Position numbers and translations under genes: made by a program
IMG/VR virus record: IMGVR_UViG_3300043777_000086
Span: 42,153 to 106,152 of that record
Direction: 5' to 3' (one strand)
Length of the DNA stretch: 64,000 nt
Source of the DNA: a virus
In this document: in pieces, positions 55,367 to 64,000 of the stretch
Layout: every line of letters starts with the position of its first letter
How positions within the stretch are numbered: position 1 is the stretch's first letter
Notes under the pieces: model-generated
Databases searched by the model: none
The model's input: the letters and a program-made list of their open reading frames with translations, nothing else
What the model was told of the DNA's origin: nothing

Positions 55367-57885
55367 TTAGAGGTACTCGAGCGCCTCTCTTCGCAGAGCC
55401 TCGATTCTCGGCTTCAGGAACTGCGCATCGGCCTTCGAGGTGATGTGCCCCCACTCCGGCCAATCGCACGCTTCACGAAAGAAGTGCTCAGCCACCGCCT
55501 GGGTTTGATTACTGAATAGAGCGAGCCCGGTGCGCTCGTGGCTTACCGTGAATTCTCCGGTTACCGGCCTGCCGTTCATGATCGCAGGATGCAGCATGAT
55601 CCCACCGTGGGCCTTTAGCGGTTCGATATGGACCCATTGGAATCCCTTGACGTGTACACGCGCCAAGCCTAGACCCTCGCCGGCAGGATGAACTCTTCGA
55701 GGACGACTGGCCCGATCTCCACGCGCTTAGTGTGCTGGGGGCACCCCTCGGTTCGGCACCAATATATCGGCCGGTAGACGGACTCCGCGGTGATCTTAGT
55801 GCGCAGTTTTTGGTTACCGTCCGTGTCTTCTCCCAAGACGTGTCCGCAGCACCCGCATCGGGGTGTGTTTGCCAGGTGAATCAGGAACTTAGGGGTGGTT
55901 TCGATCATCTTTTGTTTGTTCATTGCTTATCCTTATTAATACGATCCGGATCCGGAAGGGTATTGAATGTCCGGACCGCGGCGTGCCATCGCGCCCAGGC
56001 GGACTTGCGGATCATTCTTGCAGAGAACGAATCCGCCCCGCGGATCCTAGCTACGCTATCGGTAGCCGTTATAGATTCCCGCGCGGATCTGACCGCTAGG
56101 AGCGCCTCCTCGCGCGTCATTGTACCCACCCTTTTTCTAGCGCCGGATTCACGGTCACCTGTAAGTACGCTGAATCGGGATCGATCTTTCGCAATGTGAG
56201 AGTCACCAGCGGCACCCCGGACGCATGACGGATCGCCACGCAGGGCTTATTCAGATTGAGCACATCCACCAGCTTTCTTCCTTGAAGTTCCATCTCAAAC
56301 CGGGCTCCCTTCTCGAGGATCTCAATGAGCGTCAGGCTCGCGATCTGATCCCAGACTACCCGGCGCTCGGAGACTTTGAATCCCCAGAAGGTCTTGGGGT
56401 TAGGCGGAGGAACGTGGGCGATATCGATCGAGTTCATCGCTTCACTGGGAGGTATCCCAACCTGGTCAGCATCACGATCTGGAGCGCTTTCGCAACCGCG
56501 TTGGCACCAGTCGCGTGAATCGGCTCGCGCGGATCTTCGAGCTTTGACTCGGCGAGCGCAGCCCACTCCCGGCTCATTTGCTCGCGGAGGCGCGACTCAA
56601 CACGTTCGATGGTCATCGGGGAATTCTCCCGTGGCTGGGAATTCTCCCGTGGCTCATCTCCCAGTATTTGATCGCGGCCGCTACCGTTGCTAGCCATCGG
56701 TCCTGATCTTGAGAACTAAGCTCGGACCATTTGCATGGAATTTGCACTCCGACCGAATCATGGTACGCCTTGTAGGCTTCCACGCAGGAGTCGTAGGGGA
56801 TCATTAGATTCGTGCGGGTGTCCTTCGGGAGGGAGGGGCTCGAGTGGTCGCAACTAAAGAACGATCGCGGCGCGGTCTTCCCTGTGTAATCTAATCCTGC
56901 GTGCATAGTGGTCGGTGTATAGATCGGAGCCCCGCAGGGACAGTAACCCACCACAGCCCAGCCTCCGATTTGGGTGTGTTTCACGCCGGCCTCCATGCGA
57001 TCGCAAGCAGAGCGAAGATAGCGGCGAGCCACAACACCCGATCGGCGCGTTCGGATGACACGCCGTCCTGGCTAGCCCAGAATGTGAGTACGATCGCCAA
57101 GGCTGAACACGCCACGCAGATCACAATCTTCGCGTCGTTCATCGGGACCTCCTCGCCATGCGGAGCATCAGGTGGGCGACCAGTAAGATCGCCAGGATTT
57201 TGGGGGTCATCTGGGTGCCTCGGTTTTAGACGCAAGCAACTCAAGGTTGTGTGCCTTGTGATTTCGCGCCCGCCGCGCGCATTCCCACTTCACTCGTATC
57301 CGATTATTTAAGATCGAGATTACCTCACCTACGCCCATATTTTCCCGGTAGCGCTTGTTGGCTTCGGATCCGATGTGCATAACGCGGTCACCGATTTTAA
57401 GTTGTGGGGTTAGTTGGTTGGGGGTCATAAGATTTCCCTCGTTGCGCGCTGCCTCAATTTCCGCCTGCACGTCGGGCACGTCACCTTTGTATTGATCAGG
57501 GTCATGGTCTTCGCTCGCGAATCGCACGCCGGCTTCAGCCCGCCATCAACCTCGGCCCGGCCTTGATCGTCAACCACCCGCCATACGGCAAAGTGAACCT
57601 TACGCCGCCTCCGCGGAAGAAGGCTACCGATTCTCCTCATCGTGACTCCTCCGTCACCAACTCAAAGTTCGTTCGGTGCGCCGAAGAAGCAGTCTTGTTT
57701 CCGTCCCACAGAACAAAGAGGCATGACCGCGCCCGGACACCCTCCACTGCATTACCACCCCAGCCGTAGCCGGTAACCGTGCCGCGCTTGGCGGCCGACT
57801 TCACGCTCGCCGGTTCCTTGATCTTGACGCGCGATCCTATAGGAAACTGCGCCTTGGTTTCGAGTTCTATTTCAACAGGGGTCAT
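55367..57885 (-). CDS. run of short coupled hypothetical genes (55367-55666, 55669-55923, 55920-56129, 56117-56437, 56434-56616, 56613-~56985, 56981-~57140, 57207-57428, 57425-57640, 57637-57885)
   Basis: overlapping start/stop codons; 57207 and 57637 look SH3/KOW-like (IGDRV / IGSRV...V.W). Confidence 0.55.
56619..56654. repeat. 18-bp tandem duplication GGGAATTCTCCCGTGGCT x2
   Basis: direct reading; encodes SHGRIP x2. Confidence 0.9.
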
Positions 57886-58397
57886 CTGGACTCCAGGGGT
57901 TTGTTCTCATCGAGCCAGCGGGCGCGCTTTTCAGTCGACCATAGAGCCCACCCTTTCGGCGGCTTGAATCCCCTACCGCCGATCAGATCATCAAACTCCT
58001 GCGCTGAACTTCCTGGGTCGACCTCGCCCATCCTACTCAGCCGCACCAACTCCGGTAGCCACGGCCGTGAGGACGTAGCCGGTATCGACAGATTCTCCAT
58101 TTTTGCTGGTTGCCCCGAGGCCGGGTGGCCACCAACCCCTGCCTGTAGGCCCGGTATTTTAGCCGCAAGTTCCGCCGCTCTACTGGTACGCTGCGCCAAC
58201 CCTTCCATTTCTCTCACTGTATGCGGCGCGTTCTCCATCCCGGTTCCGGGGTCGAGCTTTCTCCGCATTGCCTCCACGATCCAATCGTTCAGACTGAACT
58301 TTCGTTCCTCGCCCCGGCGCCGTTTCACATCCCTGTCTACCTTCCCGGCTAAAACTATCGGCACGCGTAGCGTGATTCTTTTTTCTTCCGTTTTCAT
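57882..58397 (-). CDS. Arc/Mnt-like RHH regulator with long C-terminal region
   Basis: KRITLRVP...SLNDWIVEAM. Confidence 0.75.
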   Translation of the reverse strand: MKTEEKRITLRVPIVLAGKVDRDVKRRRGEERKFSLNDWIVEAMRRKLDPGTGMENAPHTVREMEGLAQRTSRAAELAAKIPGLQAGVGGHPASGQPAKMENLSIPATSSRPWLPELVRLSRMGEVDPGSSAQEFDDLIGGRGFKPPKGWALWSTEKRARWLDENKPLESR

Positions 58398-58445
58398 GGT
58401 GTCTATCGCGACACCAGTGTGACACCATTGTGGTGGTGGTGTCAA
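58397..58445 (-). promoter_or_regulatory. promoter/operator of Arc-like gene
   Basis: TTGACA at 58445-58440; four GACACCA heptamers. Confidence 0.65.
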
Positions 58446-58786
58446 GACTTTTTTTGTTGTTTGTTTTCAGCGGGGCGGAGGGGCTCGTCACCCACCCGCA
58501 CCCCGCTCCGCGGACCCCCCCCACCCTTCGTGCCTCGCGCGCGCTCGCCTGGAGTCCCGCGGCCGGCGCGCGCGTCAAGCGTTCGCTCCTAACCCGTTGA
58601 TACACATGCGCTGCGCACGCGCACATAGCGCGCACGCGCGCGGTTGTTGCGCACAATCGGACGCAGCGGTGGAGCGCAACTAAATTCGGCCTGGAATCAA
58701 CGCGATAGGAAAAATCGCTTGACAGAATCGGGGAATCTGGCGCAAAATCGGAGTCGCCCGCAAACCGGGCCAAAGAAAGGGCAGCT

Positions 58787-59170
58787 ATGGTAATAAACAC
58801 TACAGTGGTAAACGCTACAGCGCGTAAGTTACAGAGGGGAATGGGGGCGAGTGCGGAGATGCACTCCCGTCTTTCCCGCTTCACGTCGAACCGGATAACC
58901 CTCCGTCAAGGCCTAGAGGAACGCTGGTACGCCGCAACATGGGCAGACGAATGCGGCTTAATGGCTGTAGGGTTCTACAGTTACGCGCAAGGGTTCGTGA
59001 CTGCGGATCTCGACGCGCTGCTCGCGGTCGTGTCGGATAAGGGCTATTGGCTTGAGACTATCGGTGCTCCTGATGGGGGTAAGACAAAGCCCCTTTCGGA
59101 ATCCGCTGGAATTTGCGACCACGCGACGCATGCGAACGGGCGCTGTTTGGAGTGCGATTCAGACTGCTGA
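58787..59170 (+). CDS. hypothetical early protein
   Basis: first ORF after TTGACA at 58719; C-terminal C.H...C..C. Confidence 0.5.
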   Translation: MVINTTVVNATARKLQRGMGASAEMHSRLSRFTSNRITLRQGLEERWYAATWADECGLMAVGFYSYAQGFVTADLDALLAVVSDKGYWLETIGAPDGGKTKPLSESAGICDHATHANGRCLECDSDC

Positions 59171-59199
59171 AAGTAAAGCCTTTCGGCGTCCGGTCGCGT

Positions 59200-59213
59200 A
59201 TCCGACATCGGAC
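59200..59213. repeat. 14-bp dispersed palindrome copy ATCCGACATCGGAC, intergenic
   Basis: exact match, followed by an extra half-site TCGGAC. Confidence 0.9.
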
Positions 59214-59274
59214 AAATCGGACGCCGTGGGGCTTAGACTCTAAGCCTACATTCAACACTCAGGAGACAAAGACA

Positions 59275-59823
59275 ATGGCAACACCTACGATGCGACTCAC
59301 GGAATCCGGCAGCGATCAAGCGAAAGCCGGAGTATCTATGGCGGATCAGCTTAAGGCTATGATGGCGGACATGTTAGCCGCGTCTATGGCCGAAATGAAA
59401 GCGAGTCTGATCCAGACTGGCACGGCCGCGATACCGGTATCCGCTCCGGCGGCCGTCCAAACGCGGGCAGCCAAGCTAACCAGCAAAGCCAAGAAACAGA
59501 ACGGAAAACACACCGCCGCGACCGCTCCGGAATCGACGGGAAAGTGGTACCTGGATGCGCTGAACCGGATCGACAAGAGCACCGGTAAGCCCTACTATTC
59601 CGTGGACTTCGAGTCCGTCATGGTCCACGGCGACATCGCCATCATGCGAAGCCACAAATGGGCGCCCGTGCTCATGCTCATCCGTGGACGCCGTAAACCC
59701 GTGTATCTGAAGGCGATCGCCCTCGGAGCGTTGCTCGAAGCCAACGGCACGCTGAACGCATTCGTCAAGACGAATAGCGAGTACCTCGCTGATTCGATTG
59801 GCGATGGATCGGAGGAGGAGTAA
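59275..59823 (+). CDS. hypothetical early protein
   Basis: AGGAG RBS, MATPT start. Confidence 0.75.
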   Translation: MATPTMRLTESGSDQAKAGVSMADQLKAMMADMLAASMAEMKASLIQTGTAAIPVSAPAAVQTRAAKLTSKAKKQNGKHTAATAPESTGKWYLDALNRIDKSTGKPYYSVDFESVMVHGDIAIMRSHKWAPVLMLIRGRRKPVYLKAIALGALLEANGTLNAFVKTNSEYLADSIGDGSEEE

Positions 59824-59824
59824 C

Positions 59825-59959
59825 ATGGAGCGTACCCTGCTAGTCGGCGCGATTCTAGCGCCCTGGATCCCGATGGTCATGCTGGCCATATGGCTCACGC
59901 GTAAGGCGCTAAAGGCGTTCCGCGCACGTCGCGCCATACGGAGAGTACTCGACGCGTAA
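59825..59959 (+). CDS. 44-aa membrane peptide (not in ORF track)
   Basis: GGAGGAG RBS; MERTLLVGAILAPWIPMVMLAIWLTRKALK... Confidence 0.6.
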   Translation: MERTLLVGAILAPWIPMVMLAIWLTRKALKAFRARRAIRRVLDA

Positions 59960-59985
59960 ACACTCCCAACATCCCGATCCGCCTG

Positions 59986-60020
59986 GAACCTCCGGAGTAA
60001 TCCGGAGGTTCTTTGCGTTT
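59986..60020 (+). terminator. rho-independent terminator
   Basis: GAACCTCCGGA-GTAA-TCCGGAGGTTC then TTTGCGTTT. Confidence 0.85.
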
Positions 60021-60556
60021 GGCCGTCCGAGTTTGGACAGACAGCCTAGGAAAGCTCGCGCCAGATCGGACCAGCTACCATGCGTCTACCCTGCCAAAAC
60101 ACCCTACGCAACGCGCATACGCTAGCGCGATACCGCCTACACTCCACGCACGCGCGTAACAATTCCCTGCCGTTGAACGTCAGCATAGCTGACGATACGA
60201 ATCCTCTGCCCTGCCGATCCTAAGACCTTCCTTCCAGCCGAATCCCCTACACCCGCACACCTAACGCGTACGCTACAGCCACGTGTACGCGCGTCTAAAT
60301 CCTATACCATCATAGCCATACGCGCATCGCGCGCAAGCGCTAAATGCCCGCGATTCCACGTGAATCCAAGGCTCCGTGTGCGCTTGCGAGTCCGCCACGT
60401 GGGCGCGAGCCGCGCGGGCCTTATGCGTTAGGCGCGCTTCCGCAAAATACACACTCGCATACACTTGAGCGCACAACGAACCATAAAAAACGCCGAACGT
60501 CGCGGCCAAACAAAGCCAAAATAACTCCAATCGGCACAGCGGTTTGAAGAAATAAC

Positions 60557-60585
60557 TTGACAGATCGGCAAGGCTGCCGTAAACT
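60557..60585 (+). promoter_or_regulatory. sigma70-type early promoter
   Basis: TTGACA-17 nt-TAAACT with A-rich upstream. Confidence 0.8.
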
Positions 60586-60631
60586 TCGAACCGCATCGAT
60601 CCGATGCTACTTTCACTCCAGGAGACTTCCC

Positions 60632-60799
60632 ATGCACCAGACACTCACTGCTTTCGGACTTGCGTTCGCACGCCTAGGAATCCGCGCGTCGCGTCCGCGG
60701 CCTAAGAGCTGGCCGCGCAACAAAGGCCCGGTCGGCACGCGTATTGACACTCGAACCGGCTTCGCCGTAGACTTCGTGCGGAGGCCCGACCATGCCTAA
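60632..60799 (+). CDS. small hypothetical protein
   Basis: AGGAG RBS. Confidence 0.55.
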   Translation: MHQTLTAFGLAFARLGIRASRPRPKSWPRNKGPVGTRIDTRTGFAVDFVRRPDHA

Positions 60800-61097
60800 T
60801 GCACCCACGCTTAAACGAGCCGCTCAGTTGGCCCTGGAATGCCAGGACGCCTGTAATCTCTCGGGCGTGCTCGCGACGTTCAAAGAGATCGTTCACGAAA
60901 CATTGTGGCCGGAAGCGCGGCGCCTGGGTAAGGGAACCGATTGGATCAATCAACACCCTATCTGCGCGTTGTTTCTCGACAAACTGACGGACCTAAATCG
61001 GCGGCAGGATTTCTCTACCGCCTACGATGCCGTCTCGGAGATCGCCGGCGCGCGTGAAGAAAATCCGACTTCGGATACGGAGGAATCACATGCCTAA
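60792..61097 (+). CDS. hypothetical phage protein
   Basis: QDACNLSGV...N.HPI..LF.DKL; GGAGG RBS. Confidence 0.7.
   Translation: MPNAPTLKRAAQLALECQDACNLSGVLATFKEIVHETLWPEARRLGKGTDWINQHPICALFLDKLTDLNRRQDFSTAYDAVSEIAGAREENPTSDTEESHA
61063..61076. repeat. 14-bp dispersed palindrome copy ATCCGACTTCGGAT
   Basis: exact match, just before RBS of next gene. Confidence 0.88.
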
Positions 61098-61425
61098 GCG
61101 CGATAAATTCACTGAGGCCGTGACTGCCGTGGAAGGCTATCTACTTCGCCACGCGCCGAAGGGGATGACGCCGAAAATATACACCTATCGCGAGCTTGAC
61201 GCACGCCAGCGACCATTCGCTGGTTGCATTGTGGCGGAAGTTGCTTTCGATAACGATCGCGGCGGGTGTTCGTTCATGCAGGTTGATGTTCCGTGGGGCA
61301 TCGCCGTTTGCGGTCAGACGGAGCGCTGTATACTCGCGTTTGTCGAGGATTGGCCGAAGGATGAACTCGACGAGGAGCTACAGCGCCTAAGTTATTGCTT
61401 CACGAGCGCGGAGGTAAAATCATGA
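61090..61425 (+). CDS. hypothetical protein
   Basis: GGAGG RBS. Confidence 0.65.
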   Translation: MPKRDKFTEAVTAVEGYLLRHAPKGMTPKIYTYRELDARQRPFAGCIVAEVAFDNDRGGCSFMQVDVPWGIAVCGQTERCILAFVEDWPKDELDEELQRLSYCFTSAEVKS

Positions 61426-62792
61426 ACCGCACCCAAGTCAGAATCAGGACGTACGATAAATGCGAGCTAGTGGACGCGATCGCGTCCTACCGTGTCGCCG
61501 GATTCACGTTCTTGATCCATCCGCAAGAAAACGGATTCACCGCCACTTACGCGCCGGTAGGGCAAGGTGTTGGAGTTTACGGTACTATCCAGGCGGTTTT
61601 TGCGAAGCTCAAACGCGAAGCGGGAGAGATGCGCAGGGTGATTCAGCACGCGCTCGACCGTATGGCTGAAGATCACATGCCGCTGCTATCGGGAGAGGAA
61701 GGCATTCAGACGTATGACTGGCAGTGGCGCGAAGAAACCAGGCTGAAAAGCGGGGAATACCGGGCCGTCCCGAACATCGCCGGTATCGAGTATCCGCGAG
61801 AGCACTGGGTTCACATGTCCACGGTAAAGACCGAAACCGATTGGGTCAGCTACACCCCTTCAGAGGCGTATGGACTCGCCGACCGGCAGGTCAGGATCAA
61901 GTACGGCAAGTACCTCCGGAAAACGTTCGAGAACATGACGGACGCCGAAGTTCAGGCGGCCGTAAGGAATTTTCGAGCGAAACTCGCGCTAGAGGATTCT
62001 CCCGCTACGCTGCTGTTCACCACGGACCGCGCAACGATCAACGACATTTTCGAGACGGCCATGTATCCGGCTGATTCCGACTCGACAAGCTGCATGCACG
62101 GTAAGTTCGACGGTGATGGAATTCGGCCGTATCACGTCTATGCGGACTCGCCTGACGTGGCGGTCGCCTACGTGATGGAGGCCGGGAAGATTATTTCCCG
62201 GTCGGTGGTCAGCACGAAAAACAAGCGCTGGGTCAGGTGCTATTCGATTGAGGCGAATGAATCAACGCAATGCGAGGTTCTTAAAGATCTCCTGCGTGCC
62301 GCCGGCTACACGTCGGGAGATTTGACCGGGAACCGGCTTACTAAACTCAGGACGCATCGCGTCATGCTCCCGTATATCGACCACGGCGGCATGGATGTCG
62401 ACGACGACGGCAACGGGTTCTGGCGCGTTGTCGATAGCGGGCAGTATACGGCGGACCAGACGGACGGCACGGCGACAGAAAACAGGCCGAAATGCAGCCG
62501 TTGCCATCACGACGAAGATGAGTGCGTGTGCGTGTATTGCGAGTGTTGCGAGGAATCTTTCTACGACGGTTGCGACAACTGTTCGATGTGCCCTGAGTGC
62601 GACAAGCGCCGGGAGCACCACGCCTGCGAATGCGACCGGCGCACTGATTGCGGCGAGCTGGTCGATCCATCCAGCCGGTATGTCACGCGCTGCGACTGCG
62701 ATCGCTGCGGGGAGTGCGGCAACCTGACCGATGATTGCTCGTGCGAGCCGGAAGAGACGGAAACGGAAGACACCACGGAGGTGACAGCTTGA
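61422..62792 (+). CDS. early protein with SCM / PY.D core and Cys-rich C-terminus
   Basis: K.GKYL, SCM, SR.VV, RCY, PYID; many CxxC/CxC. Confidence 0.75.
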   Translation: MNRTQVRIRTYDKCELVDAIASYRVAGFTFLIHPQENGFTATYAPVGQGVGVYGTIQAVFAKLKREAGEMRRVIQHALDRMAEDHMPLLSGEEGIQTYDWQWREETRLKSGEYRAVPNIAGIEYPREHWVHMSTVKTETDWVSYTPSEAYGLADRQVRIKYGKYLRKTFENMTDAEVQAAVRNFRAKLALEDSPATLLFTTDRATINDIFETAMYPADSDSTSCMHGKFDGDGIRPYHVYADSPDVAVAYVMEAGKIISRSVVSTKNKRWVRCYSIEANESTQCEVLKDLLRAAGYTSGDLTGNRLTKLRTHRVMLPYIDHGGMDVDDDGNGFWRVVDSGQYTADQTDGTATENRPKCSRCHHDEDECVCVYCECCEESFYDGCDNCSMCPECDKRREHHACECDRRTDCGELVDPSSRYVTRCDCDRCGECGNLTDDCSCEPEETETEDTTEVTA

Positions 62793-63610
62793 ATCAGGCG
62801 GATTTGTTGGCGATGTTGTCCTACCGGCGCCCGGCGTGGTCGAGGTCGGAAGAGGAGTTTATCCGGCGCTATATTGATCCATTGCCGGGGATCTATTCGG
62901 ATGAGTTCGGAAACCGGATCTTGCCTCGCGAAGGCGCGCGTGTGATGATTGCCTGCCACACCGACACGGTGCATAGAGTGGGCGGTAAGCAGCGCGTTAC
63001 GGTGCAGGGCGGAGTCGCGCAACTGGCGGCCTTGAGTACTTCAAATTGCCTAGGCGCGGATGACACCGCGGGGGTTTATGCGGCGCTTCGGATGATCGAA
63101 GCCGACGTCAAGGCAACGTTTGTTTTCCATCGCGCCGAAGAGATAGGCGGGCATGGAAGCGAATGGCTCGCGAGGTGGTATCCGCAATGGATCGAGAAAT
63201 TCGATATCTGCCTCTCGCTCGACAGACGCGGTACGGAGGATATCATCACAAGCCAATTCGGGGGATTCACGGCGTCTGATGAGTTCGCCTGGTCCCTCTC
63301 GGACGCGCTCGATATGGGGCATCGGCCTACTGCCGGTGTCTTCACGGATTCGGCGAGCTACGCGAATCTGATACCGGAGTGCTCGAATTTGAGCATCGGA
63401 TACGCGGGAGAGCACACGGCGAAGGAAGCGCTCGATCTCGGGTATCTGGAGCGGGTGATCGAGCGCCTGATAGAGGTCGATTGGGAAAGTCTGGAGGTGG
63501 CGCGCGATCCAGATGAAGACCAATACGGAGATCCGTTTGACTGGTTTACGAAATACGAGATGGAGTTGCTACAGCAGGCGCGTAACTCTCAGGGCCTAGA
63601 AACGCAGTGA
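62789..63610 (+). CDS. M28/M20-like metallopeptidase
   Basis: CHTDTVH, LGADD.AG, EEIG, DRRG, FTD, NLSIGY..EH. Confidence 0.88.
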   Translation: MNQADLLAMLSYRRPAWSRSEEEFIRRYIDPLPGIYSDEFGNRILPREGARVMIACHTDTVHRVGGKQRVTVQGGVAQLAALSTSNCLGADDTAGVYAALRMIEADVKATFVFHRAEEIGGHGSEWLARWYPQWIEKFDICLSLDRRGTEDIITSQFGGFTASDEFAWSLSDALDMGHRPTAGVFTDSASYANLIPECSNLSIGYAGEHTAKEALDLGYLERVIERLIEVDWESLEVARDPDEDQYGDPFDWFTKYEMELLQQARNSQGLETQ

Positions 63611-63689
63611 TGCGCTTCCATTCCCGCAAACAGGCGCAGCGGTACACGCTGCTGCGTCGCAACCGCTCGCGCCGGGCGCGCTCTATGGC

Positions 63690-63739
63690 TTGACCGATGG
63701 CCGCACTTAGTTTACAATTCAACCCGTCCGAAATCGGAC
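63690..63739 (+). promoter_or_regulatory. sigma70 promoter followed by 14-bp palindrome (63726-63739)
   Basis: TTGACC-17 nt-TACAAT then GTCCGAAATCGGAC at the expected transcription start. Confidence 0.8.
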
Positions 63740-63754
63740 AAACAAGGGAGATCG

Positions 63755-64000
63755 ATGAAGACTATCGTTGTGAAATCGCAAGCTGAATTCGACGCGCTAC
63801 CCGCGTCTTTTGATGAATACACAGTGATCGAGATTCGCTCGCCAGAATTTGACTGGATCACGGTGAGATCCATTCCATCATCTAGCAGCGTCGTGGCGCG
63901 GGAATCTAGCAGCGTCGTGGCGCGGGAATCTAGCAGCGTCGAGGCGCGGGAATCTAGCAGCGTCGTGGCGCGGGAATCTAGCCGCGTCGTGGCGCGGGAA
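63755..64000 (+). CDS. octapeptide-repeat (beta-solenoid-like) protein, truncated
   Basis: AGGGAG RBS; MKTIVVKSQAEFD... then SSSVVARE repeats. Confidence 0.75.
   Translation, partial: MKTIVVKSQAEFDALPASFDEYTVIEIRSPEFDWITVRSIPSSSSVVARESSSVVARESSSVEARESSSVVARESSRVVARE
63881..64000 (+). repeat. 24-bp tandem repeat, 5 copies up to window edge
   Basis: TCTAGCAGCGTCGTGGCGCGGGAA with single-base variants in copies 3 and 5. Confidence 0.95.

Noticed and set aside
56619-56654. 18-bp duplication as a regulatory site or att core
   Set aside because: Only a local tandem copy in a gene tail; no integrase in the window
58180-58884. 234-aa minus-strand ORF across the divergence region (also 60273-60644)
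   Set aside because: Low-complexity translation of regulatory tracts; overlaps better-supported features
63881-64000. CRISPR array
   Set aside because: Repeats are contiguous with no spacers and are in-frame coding
1-64000. tRNA/rRNA genes, integrase, reverse transcriptase/DGR, stop-codon reassignment
   Set aside because: None recognised by eye; core genes are intact in the standard code. A tRNA scan was not run

Overview
About 64 kb of a tailed dsDNA phage or prophage genome with podovirus-like gene order. The minus strand carries the late module: terminase large subunit (47254-49491), portal (44243-46108), scaffold, major capsid (41261-42244), decoration proteins, three adaptor/ring-like proteins, fibre-like proteins, a 1556-aa nozzle-like protein, a virion-type GNAT and ejection proteins. 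A plus-strand island encodes a glycosyltransferase-sulfotransferase fusion, CysC, a papain-like peptidase and an RNNNP protein. A minus-strand operon encodes a HerA-like ATPase with tandem winged helices and a ParB-like protein. A divergent early region begins near 58.7 kb. Main signals: (1) a 14-bp palindrome RTCCGA-NN-TCGGAY with 10 exact and about 9 near copies, in promoters and inside genes, in a genome encoding a ParB-like protein (possible parS/KorB/Noc-like system); (2) many fibre/decoration-like proteins with predicted Sec signal peptides; (3) the sulfation/glycosylation island; (4) two paralogous basic micro-ORFs ahead of the capsid operon; (5) a probable ACG start codon. All product calls come from motif recognition and synteny; no database searches were run. 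An Acidobacteriota-like host is only a guess from protein style.
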